Source: Escherichia coli
GTDB taxonomy: Bacteria; Pseudomonadota; Gammaproteobacteria; Enterobacterales; Enterobacteriaceae
Direction: 5' to 3' (one strand)
Assembly (NCBI RefSeq): GCF_003334255.1
Contig: NZ_QOWU01000277.1
DNA length: 240 nucleotides
Part shown: positions 1-240 of the stretch, piece after piece
Numbering within the stretch: the first letter of the stretch is position 1
Layout: each line of letters opens with the position of its first letter
Made by a program: the position numbers and the translations under genes
The notes under the pieces: generated by a model
Databases searched by the model: none
Told to the model about the DNA's origin: nothing
Seen by the model: only the letters and a program-made list of their open reading frames with translations

Positions 1-240
1 TCACTGAGAACGTCCCACGCCTTACGCTGTTGTGCCAGGTACGCATTAAAGGTCATCCGCGGCTCTGTGCCCCCGAATCCATCCGGGACCGTCTGGTCGC
101 AGTACTGCCCGATGGCATACAGCGCCCACTTGTCCACATCCGCCGCCCCCAGGCGTTTTCCCATCCCGTAGCGCGGGTGAGTCAGCATGTCCCACAGGCA
201 CCAGGCCGGGTTGTTGCTGTATGCCGGTTTCAGACTGCCG
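1..240 (-). CDS. J: Internal fragment (partial at both ends) of a lambdoid phage tail-tip / host-specificity protein, lambda gpJ-like (central tail fiber). Codon register is the complement of + positions 3-239, giving 79 complete codons.
   Basis: Seen in sequence: the reverse-complement frame reading + positions 239 down to 3 has no stop codon in 79 codons; the other two minus-strand frames hit stops (e.g. TGA at + 232-234, TAA at + 46-48). Codon usage is strongly biased as in enterobacterial genes (CTG for Leu, CCG for Pro, GCG for Ala; third-position GC about 61/79, or 77%). From memory, not a search: the translation closely matches the lambda gpJ segment ...KPAYSNN-AWCLWDMLTHPRYGMGKRLGAADVDKWALY-IGQYCDQ-VPDGFGGTEPR...NAYL--QRKAWDVLS. 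No start or stop is in the window, so the gene continues past both edges. Confidence 0.88.
1..240. mobile_element. Part of the tail-morphogenesis module of a lambdoid phage or prophage (no element boundaries in window)
   Basis: Inference from the gpJ-like CDS: J-family tail-tip genes are found in lambdoid phage genomes and in prophages of enterobacteria. GC (62.5%) is above a typical enterobacterial chromosomal average, in line with lambdoid tail regions. No att site, integrase or repeat is visible here, so phage versus prophage cannot be decided. Confidence 0.6.

Noticed and set aside
57-106. Short palindromes CCGCGG (57-62) and AGTACT (101-106)
   Set aside because: These are isolated 6-bp palindromes (restriction-site-like) with no flanking half-sites, spacing pattern or promoter context. 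They are expected by chance in coding sequence and are not evidence of operator or regulatory sites.
141-150. C-rich run cgccgccccc (G5 homopolymer on the coding strand)
   Set aside because: A 5-nt homopolymer is too short to be a credible slipped-strand phase-variation tract, and it encodes ordinary Gly-Ala-Ala residues in frame. There is no tandem repetition.
141-159. Terminator-like motif on the + strand: 4-bp GC stem (cgcc 141-144 pairing with ggcg 152-155) followed by TTTT (156-159)
   Set aside because: Stem is only 4 bp with a 7-nt loop and the T-tract is only 4 nt, far weaker than a functional intrinsic terminator. It sits in the middle of a CDS on the opposite strand, where it simply reflects Gly/Ala/Lys codons (gggggcggcg...aaaacgcct on the coding strand).
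112-171. Short plus-strand ORF from ATG (112-114) to TAG (169-171), about 19 codons
   Set aside because: Too short, no Shine-Dalgarno-like sequence upstream, and it lies entirely inside the well-supported opposite-strand CDS. Expected by chance.
3-239. Plus-strand reading frame open across the whole window (TENVPRLTLLCQVRIKGHPRLCAPESIRDRLVAVLPDGIQRPLVHIRRPQAFSHPVARVSQHVPQAPGRVVAVCRFQTA), in the same codon register as the minus-strand gene
   Set aside because: Classic antisense shadow ORF. It stays open only because the real (minus-strand) gene avoids TTA, CTA and TCA codons, as GC-rich, CTG-biased genes do. The translation is Arg/Pro/Val-rich and low-complexity, has no recognisable family, no start context, and codon usage is poor on this strand.
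1-240. Possibility of CRISPR repeats, tRNA or other ncRNA, or an IS element or inverted-repeat terminus in the window
   Set aside because: No direct or inverted repeats of meaningful length, no tRNA-like cloverleaf segments, and the whole window is accounted for by one continuous protein-coding frame with strong codon bias.

Overview
The 240-bp window (62.5% GC by hand count, 150/240) lies entirely inside one protein-coding gene on the minus strand. The only frame open across the whole window on that strand translates to GSLKPAYSNNPAWCLWDMLTHPRYGMGKRLGAADVDKWALYAIGQYCDQTVPDGFGGTEPRMTFNAYLAQQRKAWDVLS, which I recognise as an internal segment of a lambdoid phage tail-tip / host-specificity protein (lambda gpJ family), roughly the N-terminal third of the protein. 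There is no start, stop, ribosome-binding site, promoter, terminator, RNA gene, repeat array or mobile-element boundary in the window. I cannot support any novel or undescribed system from this sequence: it is ordinary internal coding sequence of a well-known phage structural gene. The most useful things to follow up are its apparent divergence from lambda J itself and the flanking (pro)phage context outside the window. The gene assignment rests on recall of the gpJ sequence, not a database search, and should be confirmed by BLASTX.
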